Origin: an uncultured Candidatus Saccharibacteria bacterium
GTDB taxonomy: Bacteria; Patescibacteriota; Doudnabacteria; UBA920; O2-02-FULL-48-8
DNA length: 53,134 nt
Reading direction: 5' to 3'
NCBI GenBank assembly: GCA_964580495.1
Contig: CAZOKE010000002.1
Span: 1 to 53,134, forward strand
A model generated the notes under the pieces. It ran no database searches and was not told where the DNA came from. It was given only the letters and a program-made list of their open reading frames with translations. Positions 1 through 9,293 of the stretch are shown here, piece by piece (the stretch's first letter is position 1; each line of letters opens with the position of its first letter). A program made the translations under genes and the position numbers.

Positions 1-120
1 TACTGTCCCAATGTTCGGCGAAATAGATACAGAAGTAGCGTTAGAAGTAGACCAGGTCAGGGTTGAAGATGAACCAGAGGTGATGGAAGTTGGGTTAGCA
101 GAAATGGTCGCAGTTGGCAG
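1..120. repeat. Third copy of the Ig-like coding repeat, at the contig edge. Positions 1-55 are identical to 1978-2032.
   Basis: tactgtcccaatgttcggcgaaatagatacagaagtagcgttagaagtagaccag is present at both places. Downstream sequence is mosaic with the 1789-1850 copy. Confidence 0.9.
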
Positions 121-3100
121 TGTGGGAGTGGATGAAGAAATTGCCATTTTGGAACCCCAAATCTGGCTTGTGCCGCTGGTGGCATCCAGCCAAATCGCAT
201 TAACATAATTGGCAGTGGCAGCCAAATAAGGCACCTGGGAATCACCAGGATTGTTTGTGACTTGCTGTTCGGGTCCCCAAGTCAAACCTCCATCTGTAGA
301 GCTGCGGGCATAAATATCCCAGTTGCCATTGCGATCATCGCCCCAAGCCATATAAAGATTGTTGCCCTGCGAAATTAGATAGCTATGGCTGGAATTGGAG
401 CTGTTGGGAACCATTTCCAGCGGAGTGGACCAAGTGGTGCCGCCATCTGTGGAGCGAGAGAAGAAAATAACCGTGTAGTTATTTGGTCCCAAAATTTCTT
501 GTTCCCAGGTCAAATCCAGGACTCCCGGTGAAGGAATGGTCACAATTGGACGACCGGCATAAGCGTTATTTGGGACAATGTGGGTATCAGCTCCCCAGCT
601 GTTGCCGCCGTCAGCGGATTTTTTCATGTAAACCTGGTCGCAGCCGACTTGGTTATAACAGTTGGCAGGAAGGATGCTGGCGTCGCGTCCATCCGCCCAG
701 AACACATAGACATTGCTGCCGGAGATGGCCACATCCGGACGATTTGCTCCGGTATTGTTGATTCCTGAAACTAATTTAACTTCCGGCTGCCAAGTATTGC
801 CAGCGTCAGTAGACCGTCTCATGTAAAGATCCCAAGTCGTGCCCGAACGATAATCCGACCAGACCAAGACGACATTCGATCCTGACGCAGCCATGCCGAC
901 CCGGTAGGCTTTAGCCGAGGTGGTGAGTTGAGCTTCTGGACCCCAGGTGTTGCCACCATCTGCTGATTTGCGATAGAAAATATCACCAACATCCCGCTGA
1001 CAGCATGAATCCACAAAAGAGTTCTGATTCTTCATATAAGTCGCATAGAGATTGGAACCATCAGCATAAATCGGACGGTCGAGATGCACATCAGCTCCGG
1101 GAGCTAAATTAAGTGGGGTGCTCCAAGTGCTCCCTTGATCAGTGGACCGCTGATAATATGCATTGCCCAATCCATACAAAAGGTGCAGCACACCATTGGA
1201 ACTATCAAAACCATACATGCTGTCTCCATTGGCATCATTGGTAAGTTGTTGAGGAGTGGACCAAGCATTGCTGGTTGTGCCGCCTACCGTAAACGTCTTG
1301 GGTGAACCAGTAAGTAGAGTTGATTTGGTGGAATCATTAAGATCTATACCATAAGCATAATAGCTGTGGGCTGTGCCATCCCGCAGGTTGCTTGGAATTG
1401 CGAACTGGAAGCCGTGGTTGCCGGTAATGTTGTAAGCGGTATTAACATCAGGCCGTAGGACACTGGTTAAGACTGTGCCAATGAGAGTCCCGGTTCCTAC
1501 TGGACCGCCGGTGAAGATCTGGACCGAGTTGGATTGGCTGGATAGGTCTGGATCAAAGGACCAGCCATAGAGAGTCACGCCATCACTCATTAATCCGTCA
1601 AAGTTGCCCAAAGGAAGGTTATTGGTTGCTGAAGACACTGTGACCGTAGCAGTGGCTGTGGTCGATCCGGCAGAGTTGGTGGCAGTGATGGTGTAGGTGG
1701 TCGTGGCTGTGGGAGAGACTGTGGTAGACCCTGAGGCGGCAACAGTGCCAACGGTCGGGCTTATCGATACCGAAGTAGCATTAGAAGTAGACCAAGTCAG
1801 GGTTGAAGATTGTCCAGATGAAATAGAAGTTGGAGATGCGGAGATGGTTGCGGTTGGTTTTGAAACCGTACCAACGGTGACCGTAGCCGTGGCTGTGGTT
1901 GATCCGGCAGAATTGGTAGCAGTGATAGTGTAGGTGGTGGTGGCTGTGGGAGAAACAGACAGGGAACCGGATGAGGCTACTGTCCCAATGTTCGGCGAAA
2001 TAGATACAGAAGTAGCGTTAGAAGTAGACCAGCTAAGAGTAGCAGAACCGCCTGATGTAATAGAACTAGGAGAAGCGGAAATGGAAGCAGTGGGCAGACC
2101 GGAGCTGTTGGAATTAATGGCAAAAACATAAATGGCATTAGAGCTCGAATTCGTAGAGTTGGGGCTCATAGCTCCCTGGATTGATATCATAAATTGCTTG
2201 GCAGACGGATCAACCATGGTGCTGACCGGAGTATTGCCAGCGCCAACTCCGCTTCCGCAAGCTGGACAACCGAAAGCCTGGATCATGGAGTTCAAATCCA
2301 TTTCCTGACTTGGGGTGACGTTATAGCTAGCCCTGGTGCCTGCTATGACCTGGGCGTACTGGGCCGGATCATAAATCTGCAGTCTATAAGTCGATCGAGA
2401 ACATCCTGGGCTGCCATGGGCATAGATACAGCCGAAGTACACCGGACCGCCTGGTATTGGCTTGTGGCTGTTGTTACTGAAATCTGGGCTCCAAACATGG
2501 AATTTGACAAAACCCGTGGAGTTATTAACCGAATCAATTACTGCAATGGATTTATCATCGTTGTTGGGAGCGGAACAACCCGCGTCAACTCCAGCGGTGC
2601 AACTCTGATACCAGATCGTGTCACCTGGATTCATATGCAAACCATCATTGGTGCTGGTTGAACCGATGTACATCGTGCCATTGAGACTGGCGTCGATTGT
2701 CGGAGCCGGACTTGCCAGAATCTTGGTGTTGGCCCAACCTTCAGAGGTGAGCATTGAAGTTAAAATGCCATTTTTCGCACCATCGTCATACCAGTTAGAT
2801 GTAAAGTATGTACCAAACCCTACAAACCCTTGACCATTGTAGGGCTCCCAGTCAGTACCATAGATATCTTTGGAGTAATTGGTCATGTTTAAACGGCCGG
2901 GATAAGGAGCGCTTGGAACACCGACCGGGGTACAACCCAAGCCCAAGCCGGCGCAAGATGGCCCAGTATCATTGTAAGGATAGTTGGCCATGATCGTGCC
3001 GTTTACCGGGTTATCCGTATTGGCAGCGCAAGAATTGGAAGTCGGATTGACTGCCACCATGCTCGGACCATAGGACATTTCTCCGGAGACCGAAGCGATG

Positions 3101-3804
3101 TTGCCGCCAAAACCTAATCCTATGTGCTGACCGGCTGGAAGGTTGGAGGCAAACGAAGATGGGATGTTGACCATGCCGCTGCCGGTTACAGATTGGCCCA
3201 AACCGTTGACACCCCAGCAGCCAGTAGTGCTTAAAGTGTGATTGGAATAATTTAAACTAGCTTCCGCAAAGGAGTTATGGCTTAAACCCACAGTCGCGTA
3301 CGTATTGGCCCAGTTCAGCATCAAATTATTGGTCGTGGTGTCATAGCCCAATCCAAAAGCAAAAACATCAGCATTGCCCGGGACTACAGAATAACCCTTT
3401 TCAACACTGACACCCGCATTGACTTTTATCTGGCCCCAATCCCCGCCCCAGCTTTCAAAGCTGGCCCGAGGCATGGAGGTTTGCGGAGAGCTGCAAGGCG
3501 CTAAGGTTGAAGGTTCCGGAAACTCCCAGGCATGATCATTGCCATCAAGCATAAAATAATGCCGTTTACCATCGCTTTCATATTTAAATGTAGTAGCGCC
3601 ATTGGTGTTGTCGGATCCCCAACCTACTCCGGGAGTTAAAAAAGCTCCAACACAGGTGATGTCGGAGGGGCTAATTAGACTGGTCGCCGCTTGTGCAACC
3701 GCAGGTTGCACAGTCAAAAAACTCACTGGCAAGAACGGGAAACCTAGTGAAACTATATATAAAACCACCGCAATCTTACGAAAAGATTGTCTGAACATGG
3801 ACAT
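1..3804 (-). CDS. Giant secreted multidomain surface protein with its 3' end cut by the window edge (at least 1268 aa). Order: signal peptide, ~540-aa Gly/Asn/Cys-rich domain of unknown fold, two tandem 79-aa Ig-like repeats, a ~115-aa module (GNFDG...GWSFDP...RPDV...HGF), a six-Asp-box (BNR, sialidase-type) propeller, then a third Ig-like repeat.
   Basis: Not in the supplied ORF track. Reading plus-strand triplets from position 1, no in-frame tta/cta/tca occurs up to 3804. The ATG is the reverse complement of cat at 3802-3804 and is preceded by an in-frame stop (tta 3814-3816). N-terminus is MSMFRQSFRKIAVVLYIVSLGFPFLPVSFLTVQPAVAQA. Asp-boxes (S-x-D-x-G-x-T/S-W) are encoded at 1120-1148, 942-968, 787-813, 592-618, 427-453 and 274-300. 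Confidence 0.85.
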   Translation of the reverse strand, partial: MSMFRQSFRKIAVVLYIVSLGFPFLPVSFLTVQPAVAQAATSLISPSDITCVGAFLTPGVGWGSDNTNGATTFKYESDGKRHYFMLDGNDHAWEFPEPSTLAPCSSPQTSMPRASFESWGGDWGQIKVNAGVSVEKGYSVVPGNADVFAFGLGYDTTTNNLMLNWANTYATVGLSHNSFAEASLNYSNHTLSTTGCWGVNGLGQSVTGSGMVNIPSSFASNLPAGQHIGLGFGGNIASVSGEMSYGPSMVAVNPTSNSCAANTDNPVNGTIMANYPYNDTGPSCAGLGLGCTPVGVPSAPYPGRLNMTNYSKDIYGTDWEPYNGQGFVGFGTYFTSNWYDDGAKNGILTSMLTSEGWANTKILASPAPTIDASLNGTMYIGSTSTNDGLHMNPGDTIWYQSCTAGVDAGCSAPNNDDKSIAVIDSVNNSTGFVKFHVWSPDFSNNSHKPIPGGPVYFGCIYAHGSPGCSRSTYRLQIYDPAQYAQVIAGTRASYNVTPSQEMDLNSMIQAFGCPACGSGVGAGNTPVSTMVDPSAKQFMISIQGAMSPNSTNSSSNAIYVFAINSNSSGLPTASISASPSSITSGGSATLSWSTSNATSVSISPNIGTVASSGSLSVSPTATTTYTITATNSAGSTTATATVTVGTVSKPTATISASPTSISSGQSSTLTWSTSNATSVSISPTVGTVAASGSTTVSPTATTTYTITATNSAGSTTATATVTVSSATNNLPLGNFDGLMSDGVTLYGWSFDPDLSSQSNSVQIFTGGPVGTGTLIGTVLTSVLRPDVNTAYNITGNHGFQFAIPSNLRDGTAHSYYAYGIDLNDSTKSTLLTGSPKTFTVGGTTSNAWSTPQQLTNDANGDSMYGFDSSNGVLHLLYGLGNAYYQRSTDQGSTWSTPLNLAPGADVHLDRPIYADGSNLYATYMKNQNSFVDSCCQRDVGDIFYRKSADGGNTWGPEAQLTTSAKAYRVGMAASGSNVVLVWSDYRSGTTWDLYMRRSTDAGNTWQPEVKLVSGINNTGANRPDVAISGSNVYVFWADGRDASILPANCYNQVGCDQVYMKKSADGGNSWGADTHIVPNNAYAGRPIVTIPSPGVLDLTWEQEILGPNNYTVIFFSRSTDGGTTWSTPLEMVPNSSNSSHSYLISQGNNLYMAWGDDRNGNWDIYARSSTDGGLTWGPEQQVTNNPGDSQVPYLAATANYVNAIWLDATSGTSQIWGSKMAISSSTPTLPTATISANPTSITSGSSSTLTWSTSNATSVSISPNIGTV
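1627..2097. repeat. Two tandem ~237-bp coding repeats (79-aa Ig-like modules, consensus ...ISASP.SI.SG.S.TL.WSTSNATSVSISP..GTVA.SGS..VSPTATTTYTITATNSAGSTTATATVTV).
   Basis: Period 237 bp. It also shows as the paired antisense track ORFs 1697..1933 and 1934..2131, which have near-identical peptides. Confidence 0.9.
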
Positions 3805-3869
3805 ATTTTTAATTTAATTTTATTTTTGTTTCTAGCTTCTCTATTAACTTATCTATATTATAGCATAAT

Positions 3870-4928
3870 TTAAAAAATCTGTCTAGAGAGGTCAATGGTT
3901 TTTATGTTATTCGTAAACGTAGGCAAGTGGTGTTCTTCGGTTGTGGTGATAAATATTTGGTGCCCTTTCAAACCTTCAATCAATTTAGAACGGCGCATTT
4001 CATCTAACTCTGAAAACACATCATCTAAAAGAACCACGACCCCTAGCTTTTGCTTTGACAGATACTTGGCTTGAAGTAATTTTAGAGCCAAAATTTGAGA
4101 GCGCAATTCACCCCGCGAAGAATTATCCGTGTTGAGCTGTCCGTCCTTTGTCAAAATAAAATCATCTCTGTGAGGACCATATAAATTTAAGCCTGATTTG
4201 ATTTCCGCTGATTCATAAATTTTTAATTTCTCTAAAAAAGCAACTTCACTTTCTGCATCAATCGATTTATACTCGAGTCCAATTTTAGAATCAAACCCTG
4301 TTAGGCCCAGGTATAACTCGGTAACTTCTCGCTTCAGGAAATCAACAAACTTTTGGCGTTGCAAAAAAATATCAAGACTCACCTGCGCCAGTTCTTGGTT
4401 CCAAACTTCCAAATCAGATAAACCTGCTTGTTTTTCCAAAATCATTTGGAACAAAGCGGCTCTATGTTTCAAAACATGCTCCAAGCTTTGTAAATCAAGC
4501 GAGTAGATTTTGCTTGTTTGTGATAAAGTTTGGTCCAGGAATTTTCGCCGCAGGCTTGGACCAAGCTCAAACAAGTTTAGGTCTTGCGGGATAAACAAAA
4601 CATTGGCAAAACTTTTGAAGTTATAACGCGGGGTTTTTTGCCCGTCAATTTTGTACTGACGCGTAAATTTTGGGTTGAGTTGTACCAGGGCTTCCAGGTC
4701 GCTGCCGCCGAATTTGCCCGCAATTTTAAAATAATCTTCTTGCGCTTTGACAAGAAGATTATCGGAGGTGCGGAAAGATTTAAGCCGAGACAGATAGTAA
4801 ACACTTTCTAAAAGGTTGGTTTTGCCGGAAGCGTTCGGGCCTGTGATTAAAACTATCTCGGCATTGGTTTCTGTTTCAAATTTTCCGTAGTTGCGAAAAT
4901 TAACCAATGAAATTTTGTCCAAAAGCAT
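3870..4928 (-). CDS. recF: DNA replication and repair protein RecF
   Basis: Track ORF of 352 aa. N-terminal Walker A is GPNASGKTN. Lies in the conserved dnaA-dnaN-recF order and abuts the dnaN stop. Confidence 0.9.
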   Translation of the reverse strand: MLLDKISLVNFRNYGKFETETNAEIVLITGPNASGKTNLLESVYYLSRLKSFRTSDNLLVKAQEDYFKIAGKFGGSDLEALVQLNPKFTRQYKIDGQKTPRYNFKSFANVLFIPQDLNLFELGPSLRRKFLDQTLSQTSKIYSLDLQSLEHVLKHRAALFQMILEKQAGLSDLEVWNQELAQVSLDIFLQRQKFVDFLKREVTELYLGLTGFDSKIGLEYKSIDAESEVAFLEKLKIYESAEIKSGLNLYGPHRDDFILTKDGQLNTDNSSRGELRSQILALKLLQAKYLSKQKLGVVVLLDDVFSELDEMRRSKLIEGLKGHQIFITTTEEHHLPTFTNNIKTIDLSRQIF

Positions 4929-6029
4929 TTAGATTTTGATGGGCATGACAATATAAATGTAGTTGTCGCGTTTTTCAGGCACGACCATGGTTGCCGTGGC
5001 GTCATTAATCATCTTCATTACAACATTATTTTCGGTCAGGTTGTTCAAACAGTCTAAGAGATAGCGGTAATTAAACACAGCTTGGTTGGCGATGCCGGAA
5101 ATTTTTGCCGGGACTACGGTTTCGTTTTCACCGGCTCCGGCCGATGAAGCGCTGACTTTAATTCCGCCCAAACTCTCGGAAATTTCCAACTGGACATTGT
5201 TGGTATCCGGCGCAAATAAAGCGGTCGCTTTCAAGGCGTGGATGAGTTCGTCTTTATTGATTGTGGCTAAGGTTTTAAAATCTTTTGGAATAATCTGGAG
5301 ATAATCGGGATATTGGCCGTCAATTAACCTTGAGATGATTTCAGTTTCATCAAATTTAAACAAAACTTGGCTTTCCGAGAAAAATATTTCCACCAAGCCC
5401 TTGCTGGTTCCCAAAATTTTGTTTAACTCTGAAATAGTCCTGGCGGGAATTATTACTTCTTTTGTTCCCTGTGCCGGCTCTGTCAGGGTTGCTGTTCGCT
5501 CTGCCAACCGATAGCGGTCTGTGGCGGCAATCACCAATTTGTCTGATTCAAAAGCCATGTGAATACCTGAAATTTCCGGCTGGGTTTCATTCACCGCAGC
5601 AGCCCAGGTTGTCTCGGATAAAGCATTTTTCAGCTCGGCTGAGTCAATTTTTGCAAATGGTTCATCCGCGACCTGGGGAATCAACGGAAAGTCCTCGGAC
5701 GACAAACCTCTGATATTAGTGTGATAGTTTTCAGACTCAACATTTAAAGTTGTGTCTTTGGCTGTTAAAACAACTTTATCAGTTGGAAGGTTGTTAATAT
5801 ATTCATTAATTAACCTGGCCGGCACTGTTAACGACCCTTCTTCTTCGATTTTTCCACCAACCCACGTATTTACCCCGATTTCCAAATTTGTAGAAGAAAG
5901 TTTGATCCGTCCCTGATCGGTTTTAACTAAAATATTATTTAAAACTTGCAATGGATTTCCAACACCTACAACCCGGCTCACTACAAACAACCCTTTCTTT
6001 AAGTTATCTTTAGTACATACTAATTTCAT
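4929..6029 (-). CDS. dnaN: DNA polymerase III beta sliding clamp
   Basis: 366 aa, the typical clamp length, located between dnaA and recF. Confidence 0.9.
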   Translation of the reverse strand: MKLVCTKDNLKKGLFVVSRVVGVGNPLQVLNNILVKTDQGRIKLSSTNLEIGVNTWVGGKIEEEGSLTVPARLINEYINNLPTDKVVLTAKDTTLNVESENYHTNIRGLSSEDFPLIPQVADEPFAKIDSAELKNALSETTWAAAVNETQPEISGIHMAFESDKLVIAATDRYRLAERTATLTEPAQGTKEVIIPARTISELNKILGTSKGLVEIFFSESQVLFKFDETEIISRLIDGQYPDYLQIIPKDFKTLATINKDELIHALKATALFAPDTNNVQLEISESLGGIKVSASSAGAGENETVVPAKISGIANQAVFNYRYLLDCLNNLTENNVVMKMINDATATMVVPEKRDNYIYIVMPIKI

Positions 6030-6252
6030 AAGCTTTTATAAAAACAATAATAATGATAATTGAAGTGAATTTGTGTAAAAGTTTTTTATTTGTTTGTGGT
6101 TAGCCAAGAATTGATTAGATATTTATCTAAACTTTTGTATGTAAGTTGTGAATAAAAATCGGATAAAAATTAATTTCTAAAAATATTTATTTTTTTTACA
6201 CAAGCAATTTATATTTGAGTGACAACTTCCCAACAACTTACAAACAAATTTT
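6030..6252. other. AT-rich dnaA-dnaN spacer with degenerate DnaA-box-like 9-mers
   Basis: tgtgaataa at 6147-6155 has 1 mismatch to TGTGGATAA. Four 2-mismatch sites: tgtgtaaaa 6072-6080, tgtggttag 6095-6103, ttatctaaa 6122-6130, ttttacaca 6194-6202. Confidence 0.4.
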
Positions 6253-7590
6253 TTAAGTTAAATAAAGTCGATCTTTAATTAACTCAATTTCCTGTTTTAC
6301 ATTATTTCGTTCTTTTATAACCCGTTCAATCTTATCTATAGCGTGAATTACGGTGGTGTGGTCGCGACCGCCGAAAAATTCACCAATCGACGGCAATGAG
6401 GTTTCAAGCTCTTTTCTGATGATAAACATGGCAATTTGGCGGGGATTTACATATTCTTTCTTGCGCGACTGTTTGAGGAGGTCTTCCGGTGAAACATTGT
6501 AGAAATCCGCAACCACTTCAATTATTTTTTTGGCGGAAACCCCGCGTTTTCTGGGCGGAGTTATGACATTAACCAGAATACTTTTGACTTGTTCGATTGA
6601 GGGCCGGGTGTTGTTGAGCTGGCAATATACCATCAGCCGGTTTAAAGCGCCTTCCAATTCCCGGATATTGCTTTGGATGGTTTCAGCAATATATGTGAGG
6701 ATTTCAGGCTCTATGTTGTAATTTTTTTCCCGAGCTTTGGTGCGTAAAATTGCCAGGCGGGTTTCCAGATCCGGAGCTTGAATGTCGGCAACCATCCCCC
6801 ATTCAAACCTGGAGACCAAACGCTCTTCGATAGCAGGGATCTCTTTGGGCAAACGGTCGGAAGTCATCACCACTTGCTTGTTGTTTTGGTGCAAGGCGTT
6901 GAAAGTATGGAAAAACTCCTCCTGGGTTCCTTCTCGGCCTGCCAAAAATTGGATGTCGTCCACCAGAAGCACATCGACATTTCGATAAAGAGATTTGAAT
7001 TGGTCGGTTCGGCCTTGTTGCAGGGCAGAAACAAATTCGTTGGTGAATTTTTCGGAAGTGGTATATAAAATTTTGGCGTTAGGGTCTTTTTTCAGGACTT
7101 CCGCCCCAACAGCTTGCATCAAATGGGTCTTGCCCAACCCCACTCCGCCATAAATAAACAAAGGATTATAAACCGATCCAGACTTTTTGGCCACGGCCAA
7201 GGCAGCGGCGTGAGCCAGCTGGTTGTTTGATCCGACGATAAAGGTGCTAAAGGTGTATTTGGGGTTAAGAGTCTGGTTTTCAGCCGGCCTTGGAGCTGTT
7301 GCTGTGCGGGCCATTTCTTTGTTGATCTGCGGCTGGATAAAATTTGGTGAAACTATTTGGTATTTAACTTCCTTGGTTTCCGGTGAGACCTGCTTTAAAG
7401 CCTTCATTATCTCCTGGTGATATTTGTTTTGCAGCCATTCTTTGGTAAAAGCATTTGGCACCCCGACAACTATCCCCACATCACTTTTTTCAATAATCGA
7501 AGTGTTTTTAAACCAAGTCGTAAAGTTGGCTTTGCTCAAGGTCAGTTCCAGATTTCCGAGTATTGCTTGCCATAATTGTTGGTTAGTCAT
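6253..7590 (-). CDS. dnaA: Chromosomal replication initiator DnaA
   Basis: 445 aa. Walker A GGVGLGKTHL, Walker B LLVDDIQF, C-terminal DNA-binding signature GGRDHTTVIHA. Confidence 0.95.
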   Translation of the reverse strand: MTNQQLWQAILGNLELTLSKANFTTWFKNTSIIEKSDVGIVVGVPNAFTKEWLQNKYHQEIMKALKQVSPETKEVKYQIVSPNFIQPQINKEMARTATAPRPAENQTLNPKYTFSTFIVGSNNQLAHAAALAVAKKSGSVYNPLFIYGGVGLGKTHLMQAVGAEVLKKDPNAKILYTTSEKFTNEFVSALQQGRTDQFKSLYRNVDVLLVDDIQFLAGREGTQEEFFHTFNALHQNNKQVVMTSDRLPKEIPAIEERLVSRFEWGMVADIQAPDLETRLAILRTKAREKNYNIEPEILTYIAETIQSNIRELEGALNRLMVYCQLNNTRPSIEQVKSILVNVITPPRKRGVSAKKIIEVVADFYNVSPEDLLKQSRKKEYVNPRQIAMFIIRKELETSLPSIGEFFGGRDHTTVIHAIDKIERVIKERNNVKQEIELIKDRLYLT

Positions 7591-7823
7591 GAGTTTATTT
7601 CAAAATTCAAAAAGCCTTTAAAAATCAGAGCTTTTGTATTCTAACAGATAAGTTATCAACATGTAAATTGTCATTTAATTGCTAACGTAAGCCAAATTTT
7701 GTGCTGGATGTTATTATCCTGTGGATATCTAGTGTAAACTATGTTAACGCTATGCTTTGAGGTGACAAAAATGCAATTTTAAGGTATACTTAGCAAGCAA
7801 TATTGATTAATTTTCGTAAGAAT
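7591..7823. other. Putative oriC / divergent promoter region between dnaA (minus) and rpmH (plus)
   Basis: DnaA-box-like ttatcaaca at 7653-7661 (1 mismatch). tgtggatat at 7720-7728 is the reverse complement of ATATCCACA (1 mismatch) and overlaps ttatcctgt at 7714-7722. Gene orientation switches here. Confidence 0.5.
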
Positions 7824-7958
7824 ATGCAACCTACATATCACCCAAAGAAGCTCCACCGCAAACGCGTTCATGGCTTTTTGCGCCGAATGCGAACCCGCAA
7901 CGGCCGCAAGGTTCTGGCCAGCCGGCGAGCTAAGGGCCGCAAACGTTTAACGGTTTAG
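7824..7958 (+). CDS. rpmH: 50S ribosomal protein L34
   Basis: 44-aa ORF below the track cutoff: [44 protein letters not shown]. Directly precedes rnpA. Confidence 0.9.
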   Translation: MQPTYHPKKLHRKRVHGFLRRMRTRNGRKVLASRRAKGRKRLTV

Positions 7959-7959
7959 A

Positions 7960-8292
7960 ATGAGCCCAATCCTACTTAAATCCGAGGAAGATTTTTCTCA
8001 CAAACGGTTCACAAGATCGGCAGCGTCCCAGGCTTTGCGCCTCCGCTCCGCTTTGAGAAACCAAACACAGCCACGTTTTGGCTTTATTATTCCCAAAAAG
8101 GTCTTGCCAAAAGTCACTGACCGCAACAAGATCAAACGCCGCCTGAAAACTTTGGTCCAAACACACCAAAATCAAATCAAACCGGCTGATATTCTAATCT
8201 TTCCTTATGCTTCCAGTTTGAAAAAAACCTATAAGGATTTGGAATCTGAACTCATCCAAAATCTCAAGCGCTTAAATTTATGGAAATCTTAA
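7960..8292 (+). CDS. rnpA: RNase P protein component
   Basis: 110-aa basic protein. Lies in the rpmH-rnpA-yidD-yidC order. Confidence 0.85.
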   Translation: MSPILLKSEEDFSHKRFTRSAASQALRLRSALRNQTQPRFGFIIPKKVLPKVTDRNKIKRRLKTLVQTHQNQIKPADILIFPYASSLKKTYKDLESELIQNLKRLNLWKS

Positions 8293-8537
8293 ACTTTATA
8301 AACTTAGGATTGGCTTGGCCGCTTGTAGGTCTGCTCTGGGTCTACCAGCACACTCTTTCTCCAGACCACGGACCATTGAAATTTTTTAATCCTTATGGGT
8401 ACTGCAAGTTCTATCCTACTTGTTCCGAATATGCCAAGCAGGTTTTGGTTAAACAAGGAATTATAGGTTTGCCAAAGGTTTTCCGCCGGGTGGCCAGCTG
8501 CACACCGGCCAGTTTGGGTGGGATTGATTTACCTTAA
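8280..8537 (+). CDS. yidD: Membrane protein insertion efficiency factor YidD
   Basis: YQHTLSP....CKFYPTCSEYA motif. Overlaps the rnpA end. Confidence 0.85.
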   Translation: MEILNFINLGLAWPLVGLLWVYQHTLSPDHGPLKFFNPYGYCKFYPTCSEYAKQVLVKQGIIGLPKVFRRVASCTPASLGGIDLP

Positions 8538-8545
8538 GCAATTTC

Positions 8546-9292
8546 ATGAACGCACTTACCTCAATTTTTAGCCCTATCGTAAGAATTCTCAAGCCGATAA
8601 TTTATTTGCCATTATTAAACCTAATGGTATTTGGTTATCACTACATTCCGGACATAGGAATAGTCATAATTCTTTTAACGATCCTCTCTCGATTGGTATT
8701 GCTTCCATCTTTCCATCGCTCTATCAAAAATCAAAAGTTGATGCAAGAAATGCAGCCTAAAATGGATGCGATCAAAGCCAAATACAAGGACGACAAAGAA
8801 GGCGAGATGAAAGCATTGATGGAGCTGTACAAGGAACACGAATTTAATCCTTTGAGTCCATGTTTGCCACTGCTGCTGCAACTCCCTATTTTAGTGGCTT
8901 TATACCAGGTTTTTATCCGGGGATTGAATGGCCAAAACTTAGTGGGGTTGTATAGTTTTGTGCCCAATCCCGGCCATATCAACCCAATGTTTTTGCACTT
9001 TTTGGACCTGTCCAAACCCAGCTGGATGATTTCTTTGGCAGCTGCGGTTTTCCAATACATCCAAAGCCGCATGCTGCAGCCAAAAGTTAAAAGTGCGGAC
9101 CCAACCGCCAGAATGCTGCAGCTTCAGACCCTTTATTTTTTCCCGGTATTGTATTTCTTCTTGGGCTTAAAGGTTCCGGCAGGGTTAACCCTCTATTGGG
9201 CAGTTGGTATACTGTTTATGATCGCTCAACAGTATTACATTATTCGCAAGGATGCTACGGAAGCGGAACTTAAACTAGAAGGAAAGAAATAA
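8546..9292 (+). CDS. yidC: YidC/Oxa1-family membrane insertase (short form)
   Basis: 248 aa with multiple hydrophobic segments. Conserved position after yidD. Confidence 0.85.
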   Translation: MNALTSIFSPIVRILKPIIYLPLLNLMVFGYHYIPDIGIVIILLTILSRLVLLPSFHRSIKNQKLMQEMQPKMDAIKAKYKDDKEGEMKALMELYKEHEFNPLSPCLPLLLQLPILVALYQVFIRGLNGQNLVGLYSFVPNPGHINPMFLHFLDLSKPSWMISLAAAVFQYIQSRMLQPKVKSADPTARMLQLQTLYFFPVLYFFLGLKVPAGLTLYWAVGILFMIAQQYYIIRKDATEAELKLEGKK

Positions 9293-9293
9293 T

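Noticed and set aside
1627-2131. Regular ~237-bp repeats considered as a possible CRISPR or satellite array.
   Set aside because: The period is far too long for CRISPR repeats and there are no short conserved repeats with unique spacers. The repeats are in-frame protein modules of the giant ORF.
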